Source: the human T2T-CHM13v2.0 reference genome, Homo sapiens
Length of the DNA stretch: 64,000 nucleotides
Direction: 5' to 3' (one strand)
Assembly (NCBI RefSeq): GCF_009914755.1
Contig: NC_060927.1
Within the stretch, counting starts at the first letter, position 1; the number at the start of each line of letters is the position of its first letter. Position numbers and translations under genes: made by a program. Shown here in pieces: positions 11,641-30,170 of this stretch. Below the pieces are notes generated by a model. It saw only the letters and a program-made list of their open reading frames with translations, made no database searches and was not told where the DNA came from.

Positions 11641-12257
11641 CTTGCAACCATCTCCTGGATTTAATACAATCCCACAATTCTAAACACTTAAATTAAATGC
11701 CAATTCTTCATTTATACGTGAGTGGAATGCGGTTGTATACCTCATTCTCCACTAGTTATTTTGGGACAATGCTAATATTCCTATGTTTTTGTTTTCACAG
11801 CTTTCACTTAGATCATTACTCTTTCCAAATTCAATTCAAACAATTAGAGTATTATGTTCTGGTGAGCTAACCTGACCTCTCAATAATTTTCTTTTGGGAA
11901 AATTGCCCATGAAGGTGATAGTCTCTTACCATTTCTGCGTACTTACTTTGGAGTAAAAATGCTCCAAACTGACTGCTGACTGCTGTGAACACTTTCAGAA
12001 AAGAACACATCTTTATTTCCAACTCCTGGACTAAATCTTAGAATCTGGGTAAAATTAAAGGATAATGAAATTGTTACATTTACTAAAAAGAATGGGGAAG
12101 AATAGACAATTGGCAGTACCAAAATGTAAGAGGTAAACTAACTCCCTCACAAGATGCAATGGCATATGGAAATTCATGAAGCAAGAACAACAGGTTGAAC
12201 TTAGAGATCACGGATGCTGGCTCAACAACATTCCAACTACAGTCTCCTTGTTGTTGT

Positions 12258-12385
12258 TGCTTATTGTGGTAAACTATACACAATAGTTATCATTGTAATT
12301 ATTTGTAAGTGTACAGTTCAGTGGCATTATATCCATTTACACTGCTATGTAGCCATCACCACTATGTGTACCCAAATCTTTTAAA
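12258..12385 (-). mobile_element. L1M (L1MB-like) 3' end fragment
   Basis: ttattgtggtaaactatacac..aagtgtacagttcagtggcatt..agccatcaccacta. Confidence 0.7.
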
Positions 12386-13519
12386 TAAATTCAACAGTGT
12401 TTGATGCTAATGATGTCTCTCTTTTAACAATGATGCCACCGACATCCTCATTAGGACCATGTATTTCACTATCAAATTAGAATGTTTCTGAAAATAAATA
12501 TGTTGAAAGAAAAAACATATTTCTGCAAGAGGAAGTTTATCCTCATGATGTCCAACAAGAATTATAGATGTTTAGATTCATGTCCCTAAAATAAGCACTG
12601 TAAATATTATAGATAGTGTTATTTAGAAATGAATATCAATGTGAATTCATAAAAATATAGTGGTTGGATCATTGTGCTTTTTGGCATCAAACGGACAGAA
12701 GGTGAACTGAATTTGTAAGTTATCTCTGTGAAATTTCAATAAAATGTATTTTAAAAATAAATTTGCCAGTTTATAATGCAGTTTAATAGTCAATGCTTAA
12801 ATGCCAACCACGATCAAGTGCCCTAGACACTTGAGCAAGAACCACGTGTTCTCCATTTTCTGTGTAAAATAAGGGAAAAGTAGACAAAGCCCTTCAAGGA
12901 CACACAAAGTCCTAATTCGACATTCAGTTTGACAGCCGAGAAATTATGGCAGACCCATCAGTTTGATGTACAGCAATCAGAAATAAAGTGTTTCTTGTAG
13001 AATAAAAACTCTCTGCTATCAGTTATGCAAAATAGACAGGCTGTAACTAGGGACTTCAAATAAACAACTATTTATGTGCACAAAAGTGGAAAGGTCTGCA
13101 GATGATAAATCTGTCTCTACAGTGACATCATCGACCTTAGAATTCTAAAGCTGGAAGGGAACTTCTGGTTCAACCTCTTTAGCAATTAAGGAAACTGGTT
13201 ATCCATAGAAGCCAAGTGAATTATTTAAAGTCATACACCTGATTAATGACAAAGCTAGGATGACAGCCAGTCTAATTCGTCTATGTTCTTCCTATCTACT
13301 ACTTTTCCCCCATCACAAAATGAGAAAAGGGGGGGAGAGAAGCTAACTTCCCTTCAGCACCTGTGTCATTCTCATCCACACATATACACTTTCACTTTGC
13401 TAGCACAAGGGGACATAAAAAGGTAAAACGCACAGTGCTGCTCCTTGAAGGCTGACTTCTTTAAGAACACATAAGGACTGCTGTTCTGCACCACACGATG
13501 AGGAGGGGAAGTTTTGGCT

Positions 13520-13740
13520 AACAGTTTGGCACACTGATGCTGAGCCAGGTTTGCCTTGGTCCAGCTTTACTGCTAAAGAGTTCTACAGCCTTAGGCAAGT
13601 TTCTGAACCTTCCTGGACTTCAGTTTCATACTCCATAAAATCCTGAAAATAAAAGCAGCTGCCTCATGGGATACTTGTCAGCATTTAATGAGCATTTACA
13701 GCATTCAATATATGGCTAGCTGGTATTATAACTTCACCTT
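13520..13740 (+). mobile_element. MIR
   Basis: ccttaggcaagtttctgaaccttcctggacttcagtttcatactccataaaat. Confidence 0.65.
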
Positions 13741-16700
13741 GTCTCGTATTTTTAGTTTAAATGCTTCTGAGCTTTTTTATGTGTGTATCTATGAGCATAC
13801 ATATAGACACAGCCTTGGGGATAGAGACCACAGCCTTTTGTTGTTCTTGTCTTGCTTAGCAGCAACTTAGTACTTCGCCTTGCATCTAATAAGTGTTCTA
13901 TAAATGTTTCTAAAAAGGTACAAATCTGTCCCAACTGGTAGGGCAGGACCAGTAGGTTGGATGTCAGGAAGTATCCTCCTCTCACCTCACTCTCCACTTG
14001 TTATACCCTTTCAGAGGGTTTACCTTTCTATTCTTGCACATTCAGCCTCTTAGCTCCCAAATAAATTTAAATAGCGAAAAATCAAATAATACACCTCATT
14101 TACCACTCTGGGGGAGTAGACAAGCAAGAGATTTGCTACATTTGCAAAATCTTCACTCTCCAGAAGATGCTCAGGAACACCATGTACAAAACATGCACTA
14201 GTCTCAGAAGCTAAGGGAAGAATTTTTTTTCTCTCTTAAATGTTATCAGGAAGATGTGAGAAACTCAGCAGTAGCTCACCTCCCCAGTACAAAGGGGAGA
14301 GCCAAGCTGAGCCTTTCAAGACAAGCAAGTTAGCATTTGGCAGTGACTGTATAAAGAAGGTCACCTAAAGAGCAGGGCAGTGCAAGAGCAGTCCAAATGA
14401 CCAGACTCTAGAAGCTTCTATTCAGGCCAGGTCTGATGAAGAGTAAACTTCTCTCAGCACATGACCCTAGGTTGTATAATATTTTACAAGTTTCTGTTGG
14501 AATAAAGAGAGCTAAGACCTGGAAATTCTTAGATATATAAAATTAGAAATGATTGCTCCCATTAATCAAGAACCTATATCCTTAAAACAGGTAGTATATA
14601 ATTCCTAAAGGCTTTGAAGCAACAATTACATCTAAGAGAGGTTGCCAAGATACAGGAGGTGTTTCAGGCTTAACAACATGGAGAAAAAATTATCCAAGTT
14701 AGAGTTAACATACGCAGGCTTTGCTAGTTCTAAAGAAGAGTCTTATCAATGCTAATTCATAAGAGGCATCTCAGCCCTTTAGTTACCAAGTGGAACCTTG
14801 GGGTATCTTCTTTCTTCTAACATTCTGTATGTCAGGTACAGCAAGTGCCAAGACCAATCAGTAAGTTGTCTTGCTATTAACGAGAAAAACCAGAGTATTA
14901 TGCTACTACAAATCTTACCAAATATTAAGAGATTAAATATGAAAAACCCTGCATTTCTTCCTTTAAAGCTTTTGCATAGTATCTACATTATAAAATTTAT
15001 GCTGATAAAATTCACTGCAATTAAAAAGGAAAAAAATGAAACCTCCATGCCAGCATCAGGACTTATACCAATATTACTGACCAGCAAGTTTCCTAGCATC
15101 AGTAAACTTCTATGGAAAATTAATTTCATGCTTGTCTGCTCTGGTAAAACCCCTTACTGAGTTGTTATAAAAAGAGAAAATTGAGATGGGTTGTGGGAAT
15201 ACCAAAAAGAGTTGATGCAGCTAAAAAGAATTGTCATGTTTACATGTTTTATTGCTGTAGGGCTCTCATCCACCTAGAACCTTCAGTAAGTTTGCCTTGC
15301 CTGCTGACATCAGAGCTCAAAAGTTCTGTTCTCACAAAAAATTCCAGAAAGAAACACGTATACCCAGAGTTAGTAAGCAATAATAATATTAAGCAAGGCA
15401 TGCTTAAGTCATTTAATGAACAGGTACACAAAGTTTCAGTGTGAAAAAACTGGCCAATCAGTGGCAAATACGCATAATGCTTCCTGAACAGAGTTTATAC
15501 CTCTATCTTCCAATAATTGCCTTTGCTATACTTTGTTTCACAAGACTAATTCTAGAGTACATTCATTTAGCTTAGGGAGCTGCATATCTTTTCATTCTGC
15601 AGAAAAAAATTTAAGCAGAAACTAAATATTTATTTTGTTTATCTGAGGAAGAAATTTGCTTGAAGGTGAAATTTTAAAAAATTCACCTTCCAAATGATGT
15701 TACATTTTTTGTTATCATGCATTTGAAAACAGCTTGGGCATGACATACCACACCTTCTGCTCTTCTAAATAAGACTGAGGAACAGATGGCTACTGACCTT
15801 TATCTCCAATCAGGTTCTGCCTGCCTGCATATTATCTTATTTGTAAAAATTAATCTTCTTATCTTCAAAATTTTTCAAATTGGAACAGTTGATTCAACAG
15901 CCAATCAATAATCAACATAATTATTAAAACCTTGACACACATACATATTCCCCCATAAACTTCTATTTGGGAAGTGAACTTTTTAGCATTTTTAACAAAC
16001 AAAATCCCAGGTGGAGATATAAGAAAATAAGTACATTTGCAAACCAGTGTGTCCATCCTAAAATGCTCTGGTACATTTATCAGATAAATGAGCGAATCAT
16101 TCAAATATCAACATAAAAAAAAATTTACAATGATTCAGATTAATTTAAAAATTTACCATTGAGAAGCAAATATATTATTTTAAATCATGTTTTACTAACT
16201 AGAAAAGAAAGCATTTTATACATGAACACCCTTTGTGAGGCATATTATTCCTTTAGCAAATTAAGCATATATTTTATATAGATAAAATTGATGTGCTCTA
16301 TAGGAAATATTTCTAGGATGTGTAGGTATTTATTTCCATGCTAGGAGTACACAGATCTTGGGCAGAGTTAAGGGAGTGATAACTATATGCCTACTTAAAA
16401 AGTTACGCATTTTTTCACATATAGTTTCTTGTTTTACTTTTACATATTATGTGGTAGATGTTATATTCTGGTAGGTGATAATATAGATAACAAATAAATA
16501 TTTAAACATTTGCAGCAATAGTCTATTCAGTTCAGAAAACATTTTCTTAGAACTGAAATATCCAAAATTATCTAAAATTGTACTTTGGTATGAAGACCCA
16601 AGTATCATATGACATATTTGTAGAGAATACAAAATATAATCTTTGAACAAAATTGTTCCAGAATGTTTTGTGATCAGAAAATAATCTTTCCTAAACTAAC

Positions 16701-17529
16701 AGTGACCAATGTTATATGGATGGCTCCTGGGAATGGACTTCAGATTTTGTTCTCTCTATGCTGGAACATTTTTTAAAATAAAACAAATAAGTCAGGCAAA
16801 CAAGTCTTCCTGAAACCAAAAGTCCTGGTGTTATCTGTGCGCAGTTTTCTTTTAATGCTAGCATCAGTAGTCCGATATTTTCTACTTAAGAAGACAGCAA
16901 ATTTTCAGGGTGCGCTTTGCTTGGAAGTATAATCTCTTACCAATGAGCCTACAGATTAAATTCAGTATGAAAATTTATAAATAACATAAAGTAAAATGTT
17001 ACTCCCTATTTGGAGACTGTCAGAACTTCACTTTTGATCCCAAAGTAACTAAAATAATGTAGACTGATGAGGTCAGAGTCCAGAATTCTACCTGAATGAG
17101 ATCTCCTGAGAATTTACTACAAACATTCAAATACTCTTTGAAAAAGGAAATTATAATTGTTCACCTATTCTGGCTTATTAATAGCTTAAAGCAAAACTCA
17201 ACAATTCAAGCTGCAATTATAAGAAATAATCACACTACTTCCCTAAAGTATTACTGAAAAATAAATACTAGGTTCATCACTAAAAAGTACAATGATATGG
17301 TCAAGATAATTAATATTTTAATGGGTAAACTCTGTTTAATTGGATTTTTAAAACTCTTACAAAAAGGGATCCATCTTAAAAATGATGTAAACATCTATTT
17401 AATATCATGTTTGCTCTCCTGAAGTACAACATTCATATAAACAATTTTTACTTAAAAATCATTATTATGGGCCTCTTTAGACAGGGTAGGCCTCTCTAGC
17501 TTACTAGAGTACACACTATTTCTATATCT

Positions 17530-17950
17530 ATATCAATGCCAGTGTGATCCTCTAAAATGTATGTTCCTTGTCACCCTTCTCTAAAATCAAACTCTAACAA
17601 AATATTGGAACTCTTCTGCACCTTGGCATTCCCTACTTCTTCAGTATAACTTCTCTCTACTTTTCCATATGCATCTCCACCCAAAGAAATTACTTACAGA
17701 TCCTTGAAAGCATAGTGCTCTTCCTGGGTGCACACGTTGCACAGGATAATCCTACCATCTTGAGCACCTTTGTGCCACCATTTTTGCCTAGCTTACTCCT
17801 TCACATCCTTCAGGCTCAAGAAACATCTCCCCCAGAATCTTTCTATAACCCTAGCTGGTCTGTGTCATAGCACTCATCTCATCTACAATTATCACCTGTT
17901 TGATCATGATGTTCAAGTCTTTATCTCTATCCTACATTGCTCATTCATGT
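17530..17950 (+). mobile_element. L2 fragment
   Basis: gccagtgtgatcctctaaaat, gcctagcttactccttcacatccttcaggctca. Confidence 0.5.
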
Positions 17951-17999
17951 ACCATTTAAGTCCTGTATCCATATTTCTGATTTTCATGTTCATACTTTT

Positions 18000-20245
<2,246 letters not shown>

Positions 20246-20269
20246 TCACAGATTATCAAATACAAGGCT

Positions 20270-20655
20270 ATAGGTAATGCACCAGGAAATCCATCCCACA
20301 TTTGTACTGGGGTCACAACTCTATAGGGCCATTGATGAAGTTCATCAGAAATCCTGTGGTAGATTCATTCATTCCTAGAGATAAAGGCCTCCTCAGATGG
20401 ACAGCTTTAGTTTGAAAACTCCATAATAAACAACTTTGCAGAAAATTTATTGGACTCTACACCATCTGGAAAACTTCCACCTAACCTTCTCTTTCTCTTC
20501 TTCACTTGAGATCAGACTTGCATAATGATCTGCCAGCTCTCCCAACCTTTCCAGCTTTTTCCCTACTTTTTTTTCACGTAGGTACTCTGCTTAATAAAAT
20601 TCTTGCATGTTTAACCCCATGCTTGCTTCTGCCTCTCAGAGCATCTGTACTAACA
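20270..20655 (+). mobile_element. LTR16-like ERVL LTR relic
   Basis: 3' end aataaaattcttgcatgtttaacccc..ttctgcctctcagagcatctgtactaaca. Confidence 0.55.
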
Positions 20656-20774
20656 TTCTGTCTAACACCTGTTATCTATGTCCAGTTGATTATTTTTCCT
20701 AAATATGCCGTGATTTTATTCCTATTATCATTAATATTGCAGAGCAGGCCACTAACAACTTTTATTTAGGTCTG

Positions 20775-22990
<2,216 letters not shown>

Positions 22991-22999
22991 TGGCCTAAA

Positions 23000-23420
23000 T
23001 TAGCACAATAACCTTCCAACTTGCCTATAGTTTTGCTTCTGTCCAATACCTTGTTCAGAGTACATCAAATAATCTTTTAAAACTAAACTTACAGTGTTCC
23101 CATTTAGAAGTACACAGTCACTCCCCATTGATCTTAGCATAAAGTCTACATTTCTCAATATGATTTACAAGACTTCACTTCTTAACATGTATCTTAACAT
23201 AGCTTTCATACACCGGCTTCTCTCCACCTCCCACATTTATCTCGTTACTCCCTTCCTTGAACTGAAAACACACTATGCTTTTTTTAAATATTTTTTTCCA
23301 GGACTGAAAACACACTATGCTTACATTTTGCTCCCAGCAACATGCTGTTCCCTATGTCCAGAGCACAATTATTTTTTTCCCTCTTACCCTATAAAATTTC
23401 ATTTTTAAAGATCCACTTAA
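23000..23420 (+). mobile_element. L2 fragment
   Basis: cttagcataaagtctacatttctcaatatgatttacaagac, tgctgttccctatgtccagagcac. Confidence 0.55.
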
Positions 23421-23781
23421 ATAAGTTTTCCAATATCTACCCAGTAGCCTTGAATAAGAAATCTTATTTATATTCCATCACAAGTATCTTACTAATGTCC
23501 CTGATCTTTCTCATTTTTCTTTGTGTAATTGCACATGTTCCATGAAAGATTTTTAGCTCCATTGCTATTATTCTACTTTCATCATTAAATTATTCAACAA
23601 ATATTACAAATATATGACTGAATAAGATATTTATGGTTTCTGGAGTCATGCATTCTACACTGTAATAGGTTAACAATTAAACAATCAAAACAATTGCAAA
23701 CTTTAGTTAAACCTACATAGAAAACAGCTCACTAGAATTGAAAACAAACATTTTTATCTTTGTCTAGGCCTACATTTCTAG

Positions 23782-24204
<423 letters not shown>

Positions 24205-24829
24205 TAAATATTTATTAGTTAAGTAACAGGGAACACATAAAGGAACAATGAGCTGAGGTGTAAACCAACAGGTTATTATGAGGAACAACAACAGGAAGCC
24301 TATTAATGAACATGGCATTTAGTCTGAGAACCAAATGACAATGGAAACTGTCATTTAAAAAATGAAAGAGCACTCTAAGGAATGAAAATAACATGTGCAA
24401 AATTCCTGATAGACAATGGATGGACAAATGGATGGGTACAGACATAGATAAATAATAAAGAGATATTATCTGCCTTTTTAAAGAATGACTCAGAAATGAC
24501 TGGTATTAAGTTTGGAGAAGCCCAAATTAGACTTTTAAAGGATTATTTGAGGCTCCTACCCAACCCCAACACTTCAGTCTAAAATAAGATATTTTAACCA
24601 AATTTCTTCTGTTCTTCTCTGACCTGGAGTCCAATAGTGATCCCCACTGCCTTGTCTAGCCCACACCTGCCCACACAACAGGGGAGTCAGATTCCTGGTT
24701 CTGAACCACTTGCCCCTCTTTTGCCCATTTGACATCCATATCTGGAGTCCCCTTCTACAGGGACACGTTTCCCAGATAATCTCTGATTATGTCTGTTCTA
24801 TGGTCACTCCCAAGTTCTAATTTACCACA

Positions 24830-24968
24830 TGCTTTGCAAACTATATTTGTATCACTTTGGAACTTGTTAAAAAGTACAGATTCCTAGACCTACTGAATCA
24901 GTGTCTACATTTTAGAGGACATTCTCTCAGATGATGTATATGCACATTAAAGTTTGAGGAGCTCTGCT
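24830..24968. mobile_element. MER5-like fragment
   Basis: ggaacttgttaaaaagtacagattcctagacctactgaatcag..gcacattaaagtttgagg. Confidence 0.6.
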
Positions 24969-25558
24969 CTAATTATTCTACTCTTCAGTTTCCACTTCTA
25001 CCTATTTCCAGCATCCTGATTCTTCTGATTGGCAGATTTATGCAAGTACTAGAGTGACTCATACTGAACCTTTCTGAGTCTTCACATCCCCATGGATAAT
25101 TTCTCTCTCTTTTCATTTCAGTTAAAAACAAATTCAGTCATCATGGTTGGTGGGGTAAGGGAAGGAGTTCGTTTTAGGGTCATGTTACAGAAAAAAAAAA
25201 AAAGATAAAAGCTTGAATTGTTCTTGTTAACCTGGTTAGCAATGATTCTTATCTACTGGAAATTAAGAGAGATCCTATTAAAACGAAATAGGAGCAGTGT
25301 AAAGCCTTCTCAAGCTCTGAAACAGAATGACTTTAAATTACTACTTCAAAGCCCTTGGCCCATTCTAACATTACATGATTTGCTACATATGCTTAGAAAA
25401 ACATCCTTTATTTTATCAGACCCTTTAAATATCTGTACATCATACCAACATCCTAATGCCTTTACAACACTTCCCTCATTTGGAAACAAAATAGTTGATA
25501 GACTCGTGGAGTTCTAGATAATTTCTTCATCAACAGCTTCTGCTAAATGGGAGTTTTA

Positions 25559-25610
25559 TTAGGTTGGTGGAAAAATGGCAAAAATCACAATTACTTTTGC
25601 GCCAACATAA
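25559..25610. mobile_element. Internally deleted MADE1 (52 bp)
   Basis: ttaggttggtg...aatggcaaaaatcacaattacttttgcgccaacataa, flanked by TA. Confidence 0.85.
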
Positions 25611-27400
25611 TAAATTTCACAAGGAAAACCCATAGCCCGCTGTGAGCATAGGTGATTATAGTAAAGAGATAATCCATCAAGAACTGGTATCAGGACTCAC
25701 TATTGAAGCCCTCTGTATTCACCAATCAAATTTGGGGCCTTTCAGGATTCAGAAGAAATTTAGAGCAAGCAGAGTTCAGGTGACTCACAGAAACTTAACA
25801 TTTCTCAACTATACATTATCTATCAAGACCTGAAGTTAAACATAGCCCCAGTCCAAGAAAGAAGGCACTAAAGATTATACAACCTCCACTTTTCCAAAAT
25901 ATTCTTCAGACATCTTCTCCTAATTTCTTCTATCTGACCTTATTACCACATACATAATAAAGAGGGGAAGAAGTGATGTTTCTGATGTTTACCTGATTCA
26001 GGGGCATTATCCTGTCCTTGATTTCCATAATTTCTATCACCAAGGAAGTCATACGTAGATTCCTTATCACCTTAGGGGCTAAATCCAAAGTATTAAATTA
26101 CATAAATAGTATGATACATATCAGCTGGAGTAGGCATACATATTTCACTTTCCCTACACCACATCCTTGCTCATAGCCAAAGCTGGTTCTAGGTACATGT
26201 GAAGGAAAAATAATTGCTATAATCACTATGTTTAACATCTATTAAAGTTGTAAATATGATTTTCTTCTTATGTCCCTTAAGTTCAACCTACAAATCTTGG
26301 TATTTTATTTACAAATTTAGTGATTTCAGGGTTAAAATTTTAAATATTTTTTATTTTTCCTTGATTAGTTTATAAATATGACAATTGAATGTTCCCTAAA
26401 TAAGTATTATCAGGTTTAGTTAAGTTCCAGCAAACAATTTAAATGTTAATCATAGTTTTCTTAAGAAATTAAAACTTACAATTTAAGTTATGTTTTTTTC
26501 TGGGGATTCCAAACACCTCAAGAAGTAGAAAAAATCTCCACAGATTATAAAAATATTTTTTAATTTATGAATTTAATTGAACCAGATGAGTTTGGCTGAT
26601 TTATTTATCATCTCTATCCTTACTTTCATACTTCCACTGGCATTGTAGAGTCACATAATGCCTACAGAGAACAGAATTAACAACCTTAAACTCAACTAAG
26701 TCTGATCAGTAGAAAATTTAGGACTAGGATACAATTACAAATTTGGGCAACCAATCAGAGGGCTGTAACTGGGACACAGACACCTAGATAAAATAATAAT
26801 TTGAGTAAAACTGGCATATTATGGCTAGTGTTATCATAATAATTGTTTTTTTTCCTAAGCCCATGTTTTTTCTCCAAATCATATCTGATTTTTTTCAGGA
26901 ATTCAGCCCTCAGACGGTTCAGGTAATCAGAGGAATCTGCCCCATCCTTAGAATCCAGGGTGTTTCCTAATGAATCTGTCAGTGAAAGCAAAGGCAGACA
27001 CCTAGAAGCTCTTTCTTCAGAGTTAAGCACAGGGCTAAAGTTGTCACACGCAGGTTGAACGAAAGCAATGGCTGGGAGGTGCTTCTCTTTCCAGTTACTG
27101 CTGAAAGTAACTTATGATCATGAAACAGCCAGCCTGGTAGGAAAGTCAGTACTGACTGCATGACCAAATGACATGGAAAGGACACAGGTGTTTGGTAAAC
27201 TGGATATTAGAGCTTACCTTACCTCTTGGATGATATTTTACGTGAGATAGTACACTTTTTAAAATGATGAGGTGCCATAGAAAGCTACAAAATTTTGCAA
27301 GGAGATTCTAACTTCAGATTTTTAGCAAAATTTAAATAAAGTATGCATCCCATTCAAATTGTTCAATACAAACACTTTTTACGATAATTTATTGGAAAGT

Positions 27401-27620
27401 CTGCCACCTCCCTGGTTCAAGATATTCTCTTGCCTGAGCCTCCCAGGTAGTTGGGATTACAGGCATGCAGCCATCACACTCGGCTAATTTTTGTATTTTT
27501 AGTAGAGACGGGGTTGCACCATGTTGGCCAGTCTGGTCTCGAAATCCTGAGCTCAAGTGATCTGCCCGCCTTAGCCTCCCAAAGTGCTGGAATTACAGGC
27601 GTGAGCCACCACTCCCTGCC
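27401..27620 (-). mobile_element. Alu (J/S) lacking its 3' end and tail
   Basis: Left arm and linker complete; right arm stops at about 27401 with no poly(T). Confidence 0.9.
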
Positions 27621-30068
27621 ACACTTTAAAATACCTATTATTTTTATATTTTGAGTATTATTAGGGACACATAGCTTTGATTAATTATTGTTTTCTGTAT
27701 AATACTCAAAATATAACAGCTTTACCTATGAGAAATTCTTTAAACTGGCTCGTTTGTGATTTCAACCATGTATACTCCCCACTTTTTAAAAAATATTTTT
27801 TCTCTCTGGAAACAATAAGATCATGGCTCATCCTAAATCCCACAACAAAACCTGATTTATTTTGGATGAAGAACAGTATTAGACACAGAAATCTGACCAG
27901 AAATATAATTGTTCCACATAATTATTGATGGTGTTTTTTTTTAAGTGACACTTGCAGACCCACTTAGTAACATAGCTAGAAAATATTTTTAAAGTTAATA
28001 CATTCACATTGATATTTCTGATTTAACTTTTACAAGACTAAATGTTTTAAAACCTTTATTCCAAAGTAAAAATGTTATTAACCACTCTACTTAGGTTTTT
28101 TAAACTCCTCAAATTGCAGATAGAATCCTTTTTTGCTTTCAGAGTCCTTATCATCTCATGAAACACCAGTGTGTAGTGTAGTCACTTTAATAACAGATAT
28201 TCTAACATGACTACAGGCAAAATAAGACAGGAAAACTCTTCTGTAAGACAGGCCCTTTTAGCTTTAGAAAATATCAAGCAAGGGAGACAGTAATTCCAGT
28301 TTTCCAGTTATGTTTGAATATAAAGATCTCCTTATTAATATTGGGGCTCTGTACCCTAAATTCTCACCTTAATTTACTAGTCCTTATCTATACCATCTGT
28401 TTAAACCCTGAAACTTTGGAGATCTATAAATGATGAACTGCAGGCTCATCTTGCATGTGGAATTTACAATGCAGCTCTCCAGTGATGCATCTTGACTGAA
28501 ATAAATACATTTAAAATGTCCCATAAAAACCACCAGGCAGAAAGGCTGTATCTTTATATGCCAGATAAATTTTAAAAGTAGCTTATACTACACTCATGCA
28601 ATAAACAAGCTTGCAAACAGTTAATCTAAAATGTGCCTCACACTTGGAAGAAGGAAAGTGAATATCAGAATATTGGAAATGTATCTCAATGTGGTAGTAT
28701 TATTTACTAGATATACCAGCCCCATGTCTGTCTTAGAGTTTCTAAAAAGCAAAATATATATTCTTTACAAAGAAGGAGTAACCTCAGATAATACACTTTA
28801 AATTTCATTAAAAATTCTTACAAAGTACCAGTTTTATGTTACATTGTATGATACTATTGTTTACATTGCAAACACAATAATCTTATAAATTCTGAAAGTA
28901 AAAGATTCTCATATACATAAGACTGAATGTGTAACATGCAGATTGGTCCATGTCGTGTTTAATGCAACTTCTATAAGCTCAAAAAAACGACTTCATTAAA
29001 TTGATTGGACACACTGTGTGTTCTCCAGCATATCCGACCAAGATGGTACTATAGCTGGGTGTTGTCATATGAATATAAGGTAGAACTTCTTCACACTGAT
29101 GATTTAGCTCAACACAACAATAAGGAGAACAAATATCTCTTGGAAGGAAAAAAGTTAGTTCAGGCTAGCAAAAAAAAAAAAAAAAAATCAGAGTACAAAG
29201 CATTTTACCATTAAAAGAGCCTTACTGAAGGAAACTGTCGATAGATTTCCTAAATTACTCTCAGAAGAACTGAGGACTTAAATTAGACAAAGAATCTTAC
29301 GTGATTCCATCTGGATCCAGCCCTTGAACTAATTTACTTGAAATCTAACAGCATATGTGATGCTCAAAGGAAGAAAACTGAGGACTACTTTGAGCCTTTA
29401 ATAAAGGCACCCTTGAATCAGTTACACACAGAAATTCACTAGCATGTGTTCCACAAATTCTCTGCATCCTGAATGCTATACTTCAGATGCTTTGCTAAGG
29501 TGAGCTTTATGAAGGCTACAAAAACATAACGCCTACAAAACTATTAAAAAACAGTTTAATGAACTTCAGAACTAGTCATTTTTGGGGTTCAGATCATGAC
29601 TATACTGAGAGTTATTAACTGTGTGAGTCTGATATAAGACTTAAAAGTCTATGGACACCTTTTTCTGTCTAAGTAAGCATGATAATAGTGATTGGTAGCA
29701 TGATTGGAGGAAAGAAAAAATGTAATATGCAGATGCAAATGACACAGCACTTGAAGAATTAAGGCTATTTATAAAACCAATATAAATTTTCTGTCAAAAA
29801 TGATAGAAAAATTGAGATTTTCTTCAAGTCAGTATTTATCATGCTGCCTTAGCCACACTCCATATAACATATCCAGAAATTAAATAAAATTATTCTCTTC
29901 AAATTATATTTGATTTCGGTATTGAAAAGAGAATCAAAAGTATAGCATACATGTATATATTTGGCATGATTTATAAAAGTCACCTAAAATAATAGTCAGG
30001 CATTCGTCCTAAATTTTATCAGTATTAAAAACAAAGAAGGAAGTATTCCAATATGCTCCTTAATATCT

Positions 30069-30170
30069 GTATTAGTTATTTATTGCTGCATAACAACTGA
30101 TCCCAAAACGTAGCAGCTTAAAACAACATTTATTATCTCAGTTTCTGTGGGTTAGAAATCTAGGCATGGT
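30069..30170 (-). mobile_element. MLT1 LTR terminal fragment
   Basis: tgtattagttatttattgctgcataacaa..cccaaaac.tagcagcttaaaacaac. Confidence 0.75.
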
